A stretch of DNA of 63,581 bases, the filler included, from Candidatus Omnitrophota bacterium (GTDB lineage: Bacteria > Omnitrophota > Gorgyraeia > JAGLLT01): NCBI GenBank assembly GCA_023140385.1. It is 4 parts of 4 records of this genome, joined end to end, with 100 filler letters (N's around TTAATTAATTAA, not from the genome) between each part and the next. Parts side by side here need not be neighbours in the genome. Positions count along the whole stretch, not along the records: positions 1 to 30,470 come from JAGLLT010000016.1; 3 more parts are not named here. The stretch is one strand, 5' to 3'. How positions within the stretch are numbered: position 1 is the stretch's first letter; each line of letters begins with the position of its first letter. The notes under the pieces are model-generated. The model was not told the DNA's origin. It worked only from the letters and a program-made list of their open reading frames with translations, and did not search any database. Positions 18,245 to 27,999 of the stretch are shown here, one piece after another. Position numbers and translations under genes: made by a program.

Positions 18245-19687
18245 ATGCTAAACAAACTCAAAAACTTATTTTCATATTTCAAAAAAAACGAAATTCTTGC
18301 CATTGAGCTTGGTAGAGATGTTATCAGGGGAGTGGTTGTTAAAAAAGAGGGCGAGAAGGTAGCTATTCTGACAAAGGCAGAGGTTGTCACAAGTCACAAG
18401 TTTACCAATTACCATGAAGATATTGACAGAGTTCTGGAAAAATTAGGACGTTACCCTAAGCGGGTAGTATTAGTTAGTCCGGAAGTGAAGTTTTTAACAG
18501 GTGAATTGCCTATACCCGCGAATACAAAACTGTCTTCAGGTAAATTATCTGAAGCGGTAAAGTGGGAAGCTCAAGCCTATCTCGATTTTTCTATATCTGA
18601 GGGCCTTTTTGGATATCAGTTGCAGGACAATAAATACTCAAGCGGAAAAGCTGTACCCGTTTTAATAACGGCAATATCTAAAGGGACCTATGGACGGCTG
18701 GCTGATATTTGTAAAAGATGCCATTTGAATTTGGAGGCTGTTTATGCCAAAGAGAACGCGTTCGCGTATTCTCTTAACCGTTTTTCAGGGGCAAAAAAAA
18801 GCGTTATTCTCAATTTAGAACAAAATTTAATAGGCGGGGCGCTTATAAATAGCGGTCATCCGATTGTCTTTCAGACTGCTCCTCTTGATGCTGTTGAGAG
18901 ATTAGTTTCTGATTTGATATCAGTGGCCGGAGGAGTAGATAAGGTGATTATTGCCGGTAGTCAGGGAGGATATGTTGAAAAAGTTATTGATAAACTAAGA
19001 GGCCTTATGCTATCAGTTAGGCTATGGAGGCCTCAAGATGATATTTTAGGGTTTCAGACCAAAAATTTATCTGGGATTAGTTCACAATTTGCCTCTTGCG
19101 CGGGCGCGGCTTTACAGGAATTAAAAGTCACAAGTAAAGGCGAATTAGGCATTGATGATAGAGTAGCTTTAAATGTACGATTTAAGTTAAGCGCCCATAT
19201 TCTGCCTTTGGTAATAGTCGGCGTAGTTCTCGCAGGTTTTTTAGTACACTATCTTTTTATAAAATCTTCCTTTTGGCGATATTCTTCAGTTGTTAAAAAA
19301 CTTGAAATAGAAAAGAGAACGTATGAAAATAATCTTTCAGAACTAAAAAACATAAAGTCTCAGATAAGCAGCAGCTATAAGAAAAAGAACTATATCGAAA
19401 CGGTTCTACCTGCGCGCAACAAGCGTTTGCTCAACTTATTTGATGGTATAGCCGGAGAAATTCCTTATGATGTTATATTAGACAGGATAATTCAGGATGA
19501 GAGCGATGTCTTTTTACTTGAGGGTTCAGGGCTTTCGGCCGGCTCTATTACTACGTTTGTAGGACAATTGGAACATCTTAAGGTAACTCAGGAGGCAAAG
19601 CTCCAGTCTATAAGTGAGAAAAAGACCGGCGCTGAAGATACCGATATGTTTTTGTATCAATTTAGAATAAAAGTAGTTCTAAAATAG
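18245..19687 (+). CDS. PilM-PilN fusion (GspL-like architecture)
   Basis: N-terminal actin-like PilM features (LAIELG, EAVKWEA, VIIAG), one TM, coiled coil, PilN-like end (IPYDVILDRI, LEGSG, FRIKVVLK). Confidence 0.72.
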   Translation: MLNKLKNLFSYFKKNEILAIELGRDVIRGVVVKKEGEKVAILTKAEVVTSHKFTNYHEDIDRVLEKLGRYPKRVVLVSPEVKFLTGELPIPANTKLSSGKLSEAVKWEAQAYLDFSISEGLFGYQLQDNKYSSGKAVPVLITAISKGTYGRLADICKRCHLNLEAVYAKENAFAYSLNRFSGAKKSVILNLEQNLIGGALINSGHPIVFQTAPLDAVERLVSDLISVAGGVDKVIIAGSQGGYVEKVIDKLRGLMLSVRLWRPQDDILGFQTKNLSGISSQFASCAGAALQELKVTSKGELGIDDRVALNVRFKLSAHILPLVIVGVVLAGFLVHYLFIKSSFWRYSSVVKKLEIEKRTYENNLSELKNIKSQISSSYKKKNYIETVLPARNKRLLNLFDGIAGEIPYDVILDRIIQDESDVFLLEGSGLSAGSITTFVGQLEHLKVTQEAKLQSISEKKTGAEDTDMFLYQFRIKVVLK

Positions 19688-19708
19688 CGCGCAAGGCGCG
19701 AGGATTGA

Positions 19709-20275
19709 ATGAAGATGGCTAAGAAAAAACTGACTAAACTTGAACAGATGGGTATTATCGCTCTTATCGCGGTAATAGCCTGCTTCTTTTATGTTAAGGA
19801 GGTTTATGAACCTGAGTGCAAAAAATTTAAAGCGCTCAAAGAAAATTGGACTAAATTATCCAAAGAAGTTAAGGAGTTAAAGTGGAAGCAGGGAAGTAAA
19901 GATATTTTTTCTTCTATTCAGGAAAAGGAAGAGGAGTTAGCAGAAGCGAAATCCAAACTCAAAAAGGCAAGCGCTATTTTAGCCGACAAGGAAGACTTGT
20001 CAAAAGTTATGACTATAATCAGTCAATTGGCAAGACAGCATAATCTAAAAATACAAGAATTTTCGCCAGTAGAAGGAAATAATCCTCAGGACGCTAAAGA
20101 AGTATTTTTAAACCGTGATTTTCATAAGTTAATTATTGTTGGTGAGTTTTTGGATTTAAAAGAATTTTTGAAAGGATTAAATTTTTTGCCGAAGCTTGTT
20201 ACGGTAGATAAAGTGTTAATAGAACGAGAAGGTAAAAAGAGTAATTTAAAGATAACTATGTTACTTTCAATTTGA
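19709..20275 (+). CDS. pilO: PilO/GspM-like assembly protein
   Basis: N-terminal TM, coiled coil, LKIQEFSP, GEFLDLKEFL...LPKLVTV. Confidence 0.75.
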   Translation: MKMAKKKLTKLEQMGIIALIAVIACFFYVKEVYEPECKKFKALKENWTKLSKEVKELKWKQGSKDIFSSIQEKEEELAEAKSKLKKASAILADKEDLSKVMTIISQLARQHNLKIQEFSPVEGNNPQDAKEVFLNRDFHKLIIVGEFLDLKEFLKGLNFLPKLVTVDKVLIEREGKKSNLKITMLLSI

Positions 20276-20311
20276 CAATATGTAAGAAGCGGAATAAGTG
20301 AGGTAGAGAGA

Positions 20312-20770
20312 ATGAACAAGCTAAAGAAATCTTTTGTAGTTGTTGTTTGTTTTTTGTTTTTAACAGGTTCTGTTTGCGGAGATGAGGTTTCAAAGAAAAA
20401 AGAAACAAACACGGCAGAGGCAAGTCAATCTGTTTCCGTAAGGAAGCGTGATCCATTCAATCTCAGCACGGAACTTCTTAGAGAAACTATGCAGGATAAA
20501 TACGTCTCTTTTGCGGGAGAAGGTCTGGACAGATTTAATCTGCCCAGGATTGAAATTACCGGCGTTATGATTGTAGGTGATAAAGCAATGGCTACGGCGG
20601 AAATAGAGACCCTGGGAGCGGTAACTCTTAAACCACAAGACAAAATAGTCTTCGCGGCCTCTAACACAGGTAAAAAACGTTTTAATTCTTTTATAATAAA
20701 AGAAATTACCCCGGATAAGCTGGTTATCCTGGTAGAAGGAGGATATGAGATTCATGGGAGATTCCGGTAA
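20312..20770 (+). CDS. PilP-like exported protein
   Basis: Signal peptide, RDPF motif, ITGVM; lies between pilO and the secretin. Confidence 0.6.
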   Translation: MNKLKKSFVVVVCFLFLTGSVCGDEVSKKKETNTAEASQSVSVRKRDPFNLSTELLRETMQDKYVSFAGEGLDRFNLPRIEITGVMIVGDKAMATAEIETLGAVTLKPQDKIVFAASNTGKKRFNSFIIKEITPDKLVILVEGGYEIHGRFR

Positions 20771-20901
20771 AAAAATTAAAAATTAAAAATTAAAAATTAA
20801 AATGACAAATCAAAATTCAAAGTTAAAGGATTTAATATCTATGGTTTAATATTTGTAAGCTGAAGGCGGAAATTTATAATAAGAATTTTAAGGAGTAAAA
20901 A

Positions 20902-22869
20902 ATGAATATGTTAAAGAAAGTGATTTGCGTAGTTTTTGTTTTATTTGTGTCGGGAGTTTTTCCTTTAGCGGCGGAGGAGTTTAATCAGATGGCATCTCAA
21001 ACTACAGGCCAAGAGGAAAAAATTAGCGTTTTTGATTTTAAAGAGACGCCGATAGTTGATGTTTCCAAGGTCTTTACTGACTTAACAGGGAAGAATGTTG
21101 TTGTCAGTAAAGATATTATGAAACTCAAGATAACCCTTTTTCTAAAAGAAGTTACTCCTCAAGACGCTCTAAAGACGATGTGCAAACTTTACAATCTCTG
21201 GTTTAGCGAGGAAGATAATGTTATCCGGATTATGACTGTTGAGGAGTATGGAAAAGAGCTGACCGTTCGGCGGGATGAGAAGACTGTGGTATATAATCTT
21301 AAATACGCTTCTTGTTTAGCGGTGGCTGACTTACTTGATAATTTATTTGGTGACCGCATTGAATATGTTGAACCGGATGAAGTTAAAAGTTACGGCCACA
21401 TAGGGACAGAGGAAAAAACAAGCAGCAGCCGTAAAAGGCGGGGTCAAAGCGGATATGGAGCTCTTATGACCCGGTACAATTCTACCTATGGCCGTCGCGG
21501 GATAGAAATAGATTTAGGGATTGAAAAAGAGCTTACTTCACAAAAAATTGAGGAACTCGAAAAAAAGGCTGAAGAAAGAGAGTTAGAAGCAATAGATATT
21601 CTTGAAGCCAGGCGCAAGCAGGCTATTGTCTATTTAGCCGTTTTTCCCCGCAATAACTCTATTGTCTGCCGCTCGGTTGATTTGAGGATACTGCGCGATA
21701 TAGGTGATTTTATCAAAGAGATGGATGCTCCCACCTCGCAGGTTCTGCTGGAGGGTAAGATATTAGAGATTACTCTGGCTGATGATGATGAATCTTTTTT
21801 TGATTTCGCGATAACTCCCGGGGCGGGAAAACATGGTATTTTTAGCGTGCCGGGTTATACATCCCTTGATTCAGCGACGTTTGTTTACGATTTTATTGAT
21901 AGACAGATAGAAACCCGCCTGGAATTATTTGAGGAAAGTAACCGCGTAAAGATTATTGGCACGCCAATGCTTCTTTGTGCCAACAATGCCCCCGGAGAAT
22001 TTTTTATCGGAGAAGAAAGGCCGATTACTGTTAATTACGAACATGAAATACGGGAATTTCAAGAACGAACCACTGAGTTAATCAGGGCGGTTATTGAGCT
22101 CAGGGATATCGGGACAAAACTTACCGTTACTCCTTCTATTAATGAAGACAGAACCATCACGATGCGTTTTTTAGCGGAAGTTGATACGGTTAATGTGGGT
22201 GGAGCGAGTACGAGCATTGTTACTGAGGAGGGGAAGGTGGTATCCCTGCCTATAGATACGGTTAATGCTTCCCGGGTAGAAAATATCATTATTGCTAAAG
22301 ACGCGAGCACCCTGGCTATCGGGGGACTTATACGGGAGTCCAGCCGGGAATATGAGCGTAAGGTTCCGCTTTTAGGTGATATACCTATATTAGGACTTCT
22401 TTTTAAGAGGAAGGGCGTGACAAAAGAAAAGACAGAAACCGTTTTTTTAATTACTCCCCACATTATGATGGCACCCGGAGAAGCTCAGGGGGTATCTGAC
22501 AGGGTATTGTCGGAAGTTTCCGACCATCCGTATATTAAAGAAAAACAGAAGAGACTTTTACAATATGATGAGGAAGAAAAAGAACTTAAAATGATAGAAA
22601 GTCCGCGAAGAGAAAAAGAAGATAAATCTAATCCCGGTGGTTTATTGAAGGGTGAGGTTTTGGTTGTAGAGAAAAAGTATAATTTCGCGATTATAAATCT
22701 GGGTGAAGATGACGGACTTAAAGCGGGTGATATCCTGCCGGTTTATTTTAAAGGTAAGTTTGTGGGTGATATTAAAGTCGTTGAATTTCGGCAGGGCATG
22801 ACAGTGGTAGATACGACTAAAGCGCCCGGGGTAAAAGAAGGATATAAAATAATAACCGAGAGGAATTAA
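20902..22869 (+). CDS. Secretin (GspD/PilQ family) with extra C-terminal beta domain
   Basis: N0/N3-like domains, QVLLEGKILEI, GTKLTVTP, IGGLI, KVPLLGDIPILGLLFK, FLITPHI. Confidence 0.92.
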   Translation: MNMLKKVICVVFVLFVSGVFPLAAEEFNQMASQTTGQEEKISVFDFKETPIVDVSKVFTDLTGKNVVVSKDIMKLKITLFLKEVTPQDALKTMCKLYNLWFSEEDNVIRIMTVEEYGKELTVRRDEKTVVYNLKYASCLAVADLLDNLFGDRIEYVEPDEVKSYGHIGTEEKTSSSRKRRGQSGYGALMTRYNSTYGRRGIEIDLGIEKELTSQKIEELEKKAEERELEAIDILEARRKQAIVYLAVFPRNNSIVCRSVDLRILRDIGDFIKEMDAPTSQVLLEGKILEITLADDDESFFDFAITPGAGKHGIFSVPGYTSLDSATFVYDFIDRQIETRLELFEESNRVKIIGTPMLLCANNAPGEFFIGEERPITVNYEHEIREFQERTTELIRAVIELRDIGTKLTVTPSINEDRTITMRFLAEVDTVNVGGASTSIVTEEGKVVSLPIDTVNASRVENIIIAKDASTLAIGGLIRESSREYERKVPLLGDIPILGLLFKRKGVTKEKTETVFLITPHIMMAPGEAQGVSDRVLSEVSDHPYIKEKQKRLLQYDEEEKELKMIESPRREKEDKSNPGGLLKGEVLVVEKKYNFAIINLGEDDGLKAGDILPVYFKGKFVGDIKVVEFRQGMTVVDTTKAPGVKEGYKIITERN

Positions 22870-23922
22870 ATGGATATATTTGAACTTTTACGTTTAACCG
22901 CTAAAGAACAAGCGTCTGATTTACACCTTACGCCTAACAGTCCGCCTCTTTTGCGTGTTCATGGAGAGTTGGTCGCGGTTAAAGATAAAAAGTTATCCTC
23001 TGAAAATACCAGGGAGATGATTTTTCGGATACTTTCATCAGAGCAAAGGGAAGTGTTTGAAAAGAAGCGTTCCATTGATTTGGCTTATAGCCTTGAGGGC
23101 GCGGGGCGTTTTCGCATAAACGCCTATTATCAAAGGGGTTCAATAAGTATCGCCTTTCGTAATCTTCCCGATAAAATACTTAGCCTTACAGAGCTTGGTT
23201 TGCCTGAAAGCCTTCATCAGCTTTCTAATTTGCGGGATGGAATGGTCTTAGTTACCGGGCCTACCGGCTGCGGCAAAACCACTACCTTGGCAGCTCTTAT
23301 TGATATGATAAATCAGACCCGCGCTTGTCATATTATTACGATAGAAGACCCTATTGAGTATCTGCATACCCACAAAAAGGGCATTGTTAACCAAAGAGAG
23401 CTTTACACCGACATTGACTCCTTTGCTGAAGCAATGCGTTATGCTCTTCGGGAAGACCCGGATGTTATTTTGGTAGGTGAGATGCGGGATTTAGATACTA
23501 TGCGCACAGCTATTATGGCGGCTGAGACGGGGCATCTGGTTTTTTCTACTCTGCATACCCGGGATACGGTATCGTCCATTGACCGCATACTGGGAGTTTT
23601 CCCGCCTGTTGAGCAGCAGCACGTTCGGCAGCAGCTTTCTGAGACTTTAAAGGCGGTAGTCTCGCAAAGGTTGTTAAAGTGCGCGGATGGAAATAGCCGC
23701 GTTCCCACAGTAGAGCTGATGATGGTTACTAAAGCAATAAGTAACTTGATACGACTAGGTAAAACCGAACAGATATACTCAGCTATTGAGACAGGTATGA
23801 ATTTCGGTATGCAAACAATGGAGCAGTCATTAGTGGCTCTTTATCAGGAGGGTAAGATTGATAAGGAGACCGCTTTTAAAACGGCAAAAAATGTAAAACT
23901 TATTGAACGTAGGATTACTTGA
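22870..23922 (+). CDS. pilT: Type IV pilus retraction ATPase
   Basis: ASDLHL, GRFRINAY, GPTGCGKTTT, TIEDPIE, ALREDPDVILVGEMRD, AETGHLVFSTLHT, GMQTM. Confidence 0.92.
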   Translation: MDIFELLRLTAKEQASDLHLTPNSPPLLRVHGELVAVKDKKLSSENTREMIFRILSSEQREVFEKKRSIDLAYSLEGAGRFRINAYYQRGSISIAFRNLPDKILSLTELGLPESLHQLSNLRDGMVLVTGPTGCGKTTTLAALIDMINQTRACHIITIEDPIEYLHTHKKGIVNQRELYTDIDSFAEAMRYALREDPDVILVGEMRDLDTMRTAIMAAETGHLVFSTLHTRDTVSSIDRILGVFPPVEQQHVRQQLSETLKAVVSQRLLKCADGNSRVPTVELMMVTKAISNLIRLGKTEQIYSAIETGMNFGMQTMEQSLVALYQEGKIDKETAFKTAKNVKLIERRIT

Positions 23923-23935
23923 GAGAAAATTAGAG

Positions 23936-25552
23936 ATGCTTGGTGAGATATTAGTAGAAAAGAAAATTATTGATGAAGAACAGTTAAATGAAGCCTTGAA
24001 GGCCCAGACAAAGTATAGAGAGCTTTTGGGTCAAACGCTGGTCAAATTAGGGCACTGCATGGAAGAAGATGTGGCGCGAGCTATAGCTGAAATTTATAAA
24101 CTACCTTATATAGAATTGGAAGAGATGGATATAGAATCCGGAGCCAGTCAGTCTATTCCAGCCAATCTTGCTATTAAGTATAATATTATTCCTGTAAAAA
24201 TAGATGGAGATACCCTATGCCTTGCCTGCGCGAAGCCTTTAAGCCCCCAAATAGCCGCTAACTTACAAAGGTTAACCAATAAACAGATTGCTTTTTATAT
24301 TGGCGCGGATACTACTATTGGATCTTTGCTGAAAAAGCATTATAGGGTCAATTCAGCATCTGTGGAGGAAGAATTAGCGGAAGAAACTATTGATCAATCC
24401 GTTATTGATATTTTGAATGACTATATCTCCAGGGCATTAAGGCAAAGGGCCTCAGACATTCATTTTGAACCTCAGGAAACAAAAGTGCGGATAAGGTTTA
24501 GAATAGATGGGGTATTAAGAGAGATAGGTTTTTTGCCGGCCGGCCTTGCCCCTCCCGTTATTTCCAGAATTAAGATTCTTTCAGGATTAAACATAGCTGA
24601 AAAGCGCGCTCCCCAGGACGGGAGTTTTGTCTTTGAATATATGGATGAATCAATTGATATTCGGGTTTCCACTTTACCTAATGTCAATGGCGAGAAGGCG
24701 GTCTTAAGGCTTCTTCCTTCTAAAAGAAGGATAATTTCTTTAGAGTCGCTGGGTATAGAAAAGGATACTTTGGAGATATTCAAGTCGCTTATTAAAAGGC
24801 CGCACGGTATTATTCTTATTACAGGGCCGACGGGCAGTGGCAAATCTACTACTTTATACGCTTCACTTTTACTTATTCGTTCTGCCGGTATCAATATTAC
24901 CACCATTGAGGATCCTGTAGAGTATCGCATTGAAGGTATTACCCAGACGCAGGTGGATCATGTTAACAAAATTACTTTTCCTAAGGCGCTCAGGCATATT
25001 TTGCGTCAGGATCCTGATGTTATTATGGTAGGGGAAATTCGTGACAAGGAAACGGCGGATATTGCTTTAAGGGCCGCCCTCACCGGCCATCTTGTTTTCG
25101 CTACTTTACATACCAATGACGCTTCCAGCGCGCTTACCCGCTTAATTGATATGGGTTGTGAACCGTTTTTTGTCAGTTCTACTGTTTGCGCTATTGCAGC
25201 TCAACGTCTGGTAAGGATTAATTGTGAATTTTGTAAGGAGCCCTTTAGGCCGACGCGGGATGAACTCAGGATGTGTGGGTTAGAAGATATTGAGCAAAGC
25301 AGGCAATGGTTTCACTCGCCTGGCTGCCGGCGCTGTCAAAAAACAGGATATAGGGGGCGCACGGGAATATTTGAACTGCTTAAAGTAGACAACCTGATTC
25401 AGAAGGAGATTATAAAGAATTCTTCTGTGGATAAGATTAAGGAGACTGCTGTATCTTGTGGCATGCGTACACTGCGTCAGGATGCCTTTTTGAAGGTTGA
25501 ACGCGGCCTGACTTCATTTGAGGAGGCGTTGAGAGTAACGGTGCTGGATTAA
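23936..25552 (+). CDS. pilB: Assembly ATPase (PilB/GspE family)
   Basis: MshEN-like LGEILV...LGQTLV, ASDIHFEP, GPTGSGKSTTLY, LRQDPD, CxxC..CxxC zinc motif. Confidence 0.92.
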   Translation: MLGEILVEKKIIDEEQLNEALKAQTKYRELLGQTLVKLGHCMEEDVARAIAEIYKLPYIELEEMDIESGASQSIPANLAIKYNIIPVKIDGDTLCLACAKPLSPQIAANLQRLTNKQIAFYIGADTTIGSLLKKHYRVNSASVEEELAEETIDQSVIDILNDYISRALRQRASDIHFEPQETKVRIRFRIDGVLREIGFLPAGLAPPVISRIKILSGLNIAEKRAPQDGSFVFEYMDESIDIRVSTLPNVNGEKAVLRLLPSKRRIISLESLGIEKDTLEIFKSLIKRPHGIILITGPTGSGKSTTLYASLLLIRSAGINITTIEDPVEYRIEGITQTQVDHVNKITFPKALRHILRQDPDVIMVGEIRDKETADIALRAALTGHLVFATLHTNDASSALTRLIDMGCEPFFVSSTVCAIAAQRLVRINCEFCKEPFRPTRDELRMCGLEDIEQSRQWFHSPGCRRCQKTGYRGRTGIFELLKVDNLIQKEIIKNSSVDKIKETAVSCGMRTLRQDAFLKVERGLTSFEEALRVTVLD

Positions 25553-25555
25553 AAA

Positions 25556-26788
25556 ATGGCAAAGTTTTTCTATACTACCATAGGCAGTAACGGGAAAGAA
25601 GTTTCGGGGACGGTTGAAGCTTCTGACATTAATATTGCGGCCGGTAATCTTCGCGGCCAGGGAAGGGCTATAACTTCGTTAAAAGAAATCGGTGGTACGT
25701 CAAAGGAGAATGAAGAGTTAATTCGTGCTTCGTCATTTGATTGTTTTAGTTTTATTTGGAGTTCCGATATCGTTATAATGTTTCGCCAGCTTTCCGTTCT
25801 TATTACTGCCGGCGTTACTTTAGTTAGTTCTTTACAGATACTTCAGAGGCAGACGAGGAAAAGAAAATTAAAACGGCTTCTCAGTCAAGTTTTACATAGT
25901 ATTGAAGAAGGTTCAACCTTCGCTGACGCTTTAAAAAAACACCCCGGAGTTTTTTCTTTTTTTATTACCAATATGATTGAAAGCGGAGAAGTTGGGGGAA
26001 CATTGGATATAATCCTGGAGCGTATTGCTGACTATCTTGAAGAGCAAGCAGCGTTTCGCACACAAATTATCACCAGTTTTATTTATCCGGCTATTGTAAT
26101 CGTGATGAGTATTATTATGGTGAGTTTTTTGGTTGGCTTTGTTATCCCTCAGTTTATGCCCTTTATAAAAGCGCGAGGCGGAAAACTGCCATGGAATACA
26201 CAGTTTTTAATGGATAGCACGCGCTGGTTAAGGAATTATTGGAAGTATATTGTTGGCGGCGCGGGAGCGGGATTTTTAGGATTGTATTTTTTAAGCAGGT
26301 TTGAAGGTGTAAAATACTGGATAGATAGAATTAAAATGAGGCTTCCTATTGTGGGTCCTATTTTTGTTTATTCGGTAGTGGTTCAATTTTCCAGAAATTT
26401 AGCTTCTTTATTAAGCAGTGGTGTCAGTATATTGGAATCGCTGCGTACAGTTCGTAATACTCTTGGCAATTGCGCGGCAATGCGGGTGATGGATATTATG
26501 GAAAGACGTGTTACCAGAGGCGAGAGTCTATCCGCGCCCGTTCGAGATGCTGTCCACGTTTTTCCTCCTATGGTGGCTGAGATGATAGCCGTAGGAGAAG
26601 AAACAGGCGGACTGGATGAAGCTTTAAATTTAACCGCCCAAATCCACGAGAAGTTGTTACAAACCTATGTTAAGCGTATGAATTCCTTAATTGAACCCGT
26701 GCTTATTCTTACATTAGGAGGTATAGTCGCGTTTGTGGCATGGAGTCTAATTGCCGGTATTTTAACTATGTACGGAATTTATAGATAA
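25556..26788 (+). CDS. pilC: Inner-membrane platform protein (PilC/GspF family)
   Basis: FRQLSVLITAGV, GEVGGTL, YPAIV, GEETGGLD, LIEP. Confidence 0.92.
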   Translation: MAKFFYTTIGSNGKEVSGTVEASDINIAAGNLRGQGRAITSLKEIGGTSKENEELIRASSFDCFSFIWSSDIVIMFRQLSVLITAGVTLVSSLQILQRQTRKRKLKRLLSQVLHSIEEGSTFADALKKHPGVFSFFITNMIESGEVGGTLDIILERIADYLEEQAAFRTQIITSFIYPAIVIVMSIIMVSFLVGFVIPQFMPFIKARGGKLPWNTQFLMDSTRWLRNYWKYIVGGAGAGFLGLYFLSRFEGVKYWIDRIKMRLPIVGPIFVYSVVVQFSRNLASLLSSGVSILESLRTVRNTLGNCAAMRVMDIMERRVTRGESLSAPVRDAVHVFPPMVAEMIAVGEETGGLDEALNLTAQIHEKLLQTYVKRMNSLIEPVLILTLGGIVAFVAWSLIAGILTMYGIYR

Positions 26789-26922
26789 GGTGTAAAGAAG
26801 CGAGGATAAAATAACTTAAAGTTGAAGAATCGGCTGAAGTCACTAATTTAGTTGTAAAAAAGGCGTAAGTTGACACATAAGGTTGAACCTAAAGTGTAAA
26901 GTTATAATCTACTACATAGAAC

Positions 26923-26960
26923 TTGACAAAGAAGTGTGAATATGTTAGTGTTATCTAACA
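26923..26960 (+). promoter_or_regulatory. Promoter of dtxR-feoAAB with overlapping operator 3
   Basis: TTGACA (26923-26928), 17 nt, TAGTGT; palindrome TGTTAG-TGTTAT-CTAACA (26943-26960); same layout as the 11653 promoter. Confidence 0.8.
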
Positions 26961-26988
26961 AAGAAAGGTAAATTTACTATTAAAGGAG

Positions 26989-27504
26989 TTGCAAATGCAT
27001 ATTGAAAATGTTGGGGAAAAATTAAGTTCTAATATGGAAGATTATCTGGAGGCTATTGCTCTTATAGAAAAAGATAAGGGTGTTGCCAGGGTTAAGGATA
27101 TAAGCCGTTTAATGAAGGTAAAGACACCGAGTGTTACCAGCGCTCTTAACGTTTTGGTCGATAAGGGCCTTGTTGAACATGAACGTTACGGTTACGCGGA
27201 GCTTACCAAAGACGGAAAACGGATAGCTCAGGATGTGCTCAAGCGGCATAAGATGTTGACTAAATTTTTATCCAGTATTTTAAAGATTGACCCCCAGGTA
27301 GCCGCAGGCGACGCCTGTAAAATGGAGCACGCTCTTAGCCCTGAAACATACAAGAAATTGAGTACGTTTGTTGAGTTTGTAGAAACCGGCTCTGAAGTTG
27401 ACAGGCCGTTGTGGCTTAAAGGATTTGATCATTATCTTAAGACAGGTAAACGGGTACAGTGTAAAAATAAGCAAGCGCTGAAAAAAGTTAAAAGCAGGAA
27501 GTAA
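26989..27504 (+). CDS. DtxR/MntR-family metal-dependent repressor
   Basis: MEDYLEAI, ARVKDIS..KTPSVT HTH, RHKMLTKFL, DACKMEH metal ligands. Confidence 0.92.
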   Translation: MQMHIENVGEKLSSNMEDYLEAIALIEKDKGVARVKDISRLMKVKTPSVTSALNVLVDKGLVEHERYGYAELTKDGKRIAQDVLKRHKMLTKFLSSILKIDPQVAAGDACKMEHALSPETYKKLSTFVEFVETGSEVDRPLWLKGFDHYLKTGKRVQCKNKQALKKVKSRK

Positions 27505-27525
27505 TTTTTGAAAGGGAGAAGCGGA

Positions 27526-27759
27526 ATGAGTGAAAAGACGTTGGATAAATTAAGGCCTGGGGAAAAAGGCCGGGTGGTAAAGGTATCAGGGGGGAATGAT
27601 ATCAGCCGGCGGCTTTTGGCGATGGGGGTTATCAGAGGAACCGGGATAGAGGTAGAGAGGGTCGCCCCTTTAGGTGATCCTATTGAAGTAAAGATTAAAA
27701 GTTATCACTTATCTTTTCGTAAAGAGGAAGCGGCTAATATTATAGTGGAGGTTGATTAA
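27526..27759 (+). CDS. feoA: Ferrous iron transport protein A
   Basis: RRLLAMGVIRG, VAPLGDPIEV, LSFRKEEA. Confidence 0.92.
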   Translation: MSEKTLDKLRPGEKGRVVKVSGGNDISRRLLAMGVIRGTGIEVERVAPLGDPIEVKIKSYHLSFRKEEAANIIVEVD

Positions 27760-27760
27760 A

Positions 27761-27997
27761 ATGCCCGGGGCTGTTTCGCCGTTATTAATGGTTTCGCCCG
27801 GCAAAGAGGTAATTCTGGTCTCTTTGGACGGAGGGCTAAATTTTCGGAGAAGGCTTACCGATATGGGCTTGGCGGAAGGCGTGAGGTTTAAAGTTCTGCA
27901 TTCACAGGGGCGGGGACAGTGTATCGTCCGGGTGGGCAATACCAGGTTGGCCATAGGCTGTGGTATGGCGCAAAAAATTATGGTAAGAGAGACATAA
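27761..27997 (+). CDS. feoA: Second FeoA family protein
   Basis: RRLTDMGLAEG, RLAIGCGMAQKIMV. Confidence 0.88.
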   Translation: MPGAVSPLLMVSPGKEVILVSLDGGLNFRRRLTDMGLAEGVRFKVLHSQGRGQCIVRVGNTRLAIGCGMAQKIMVRET

Positions 27998-27999
27998 TA

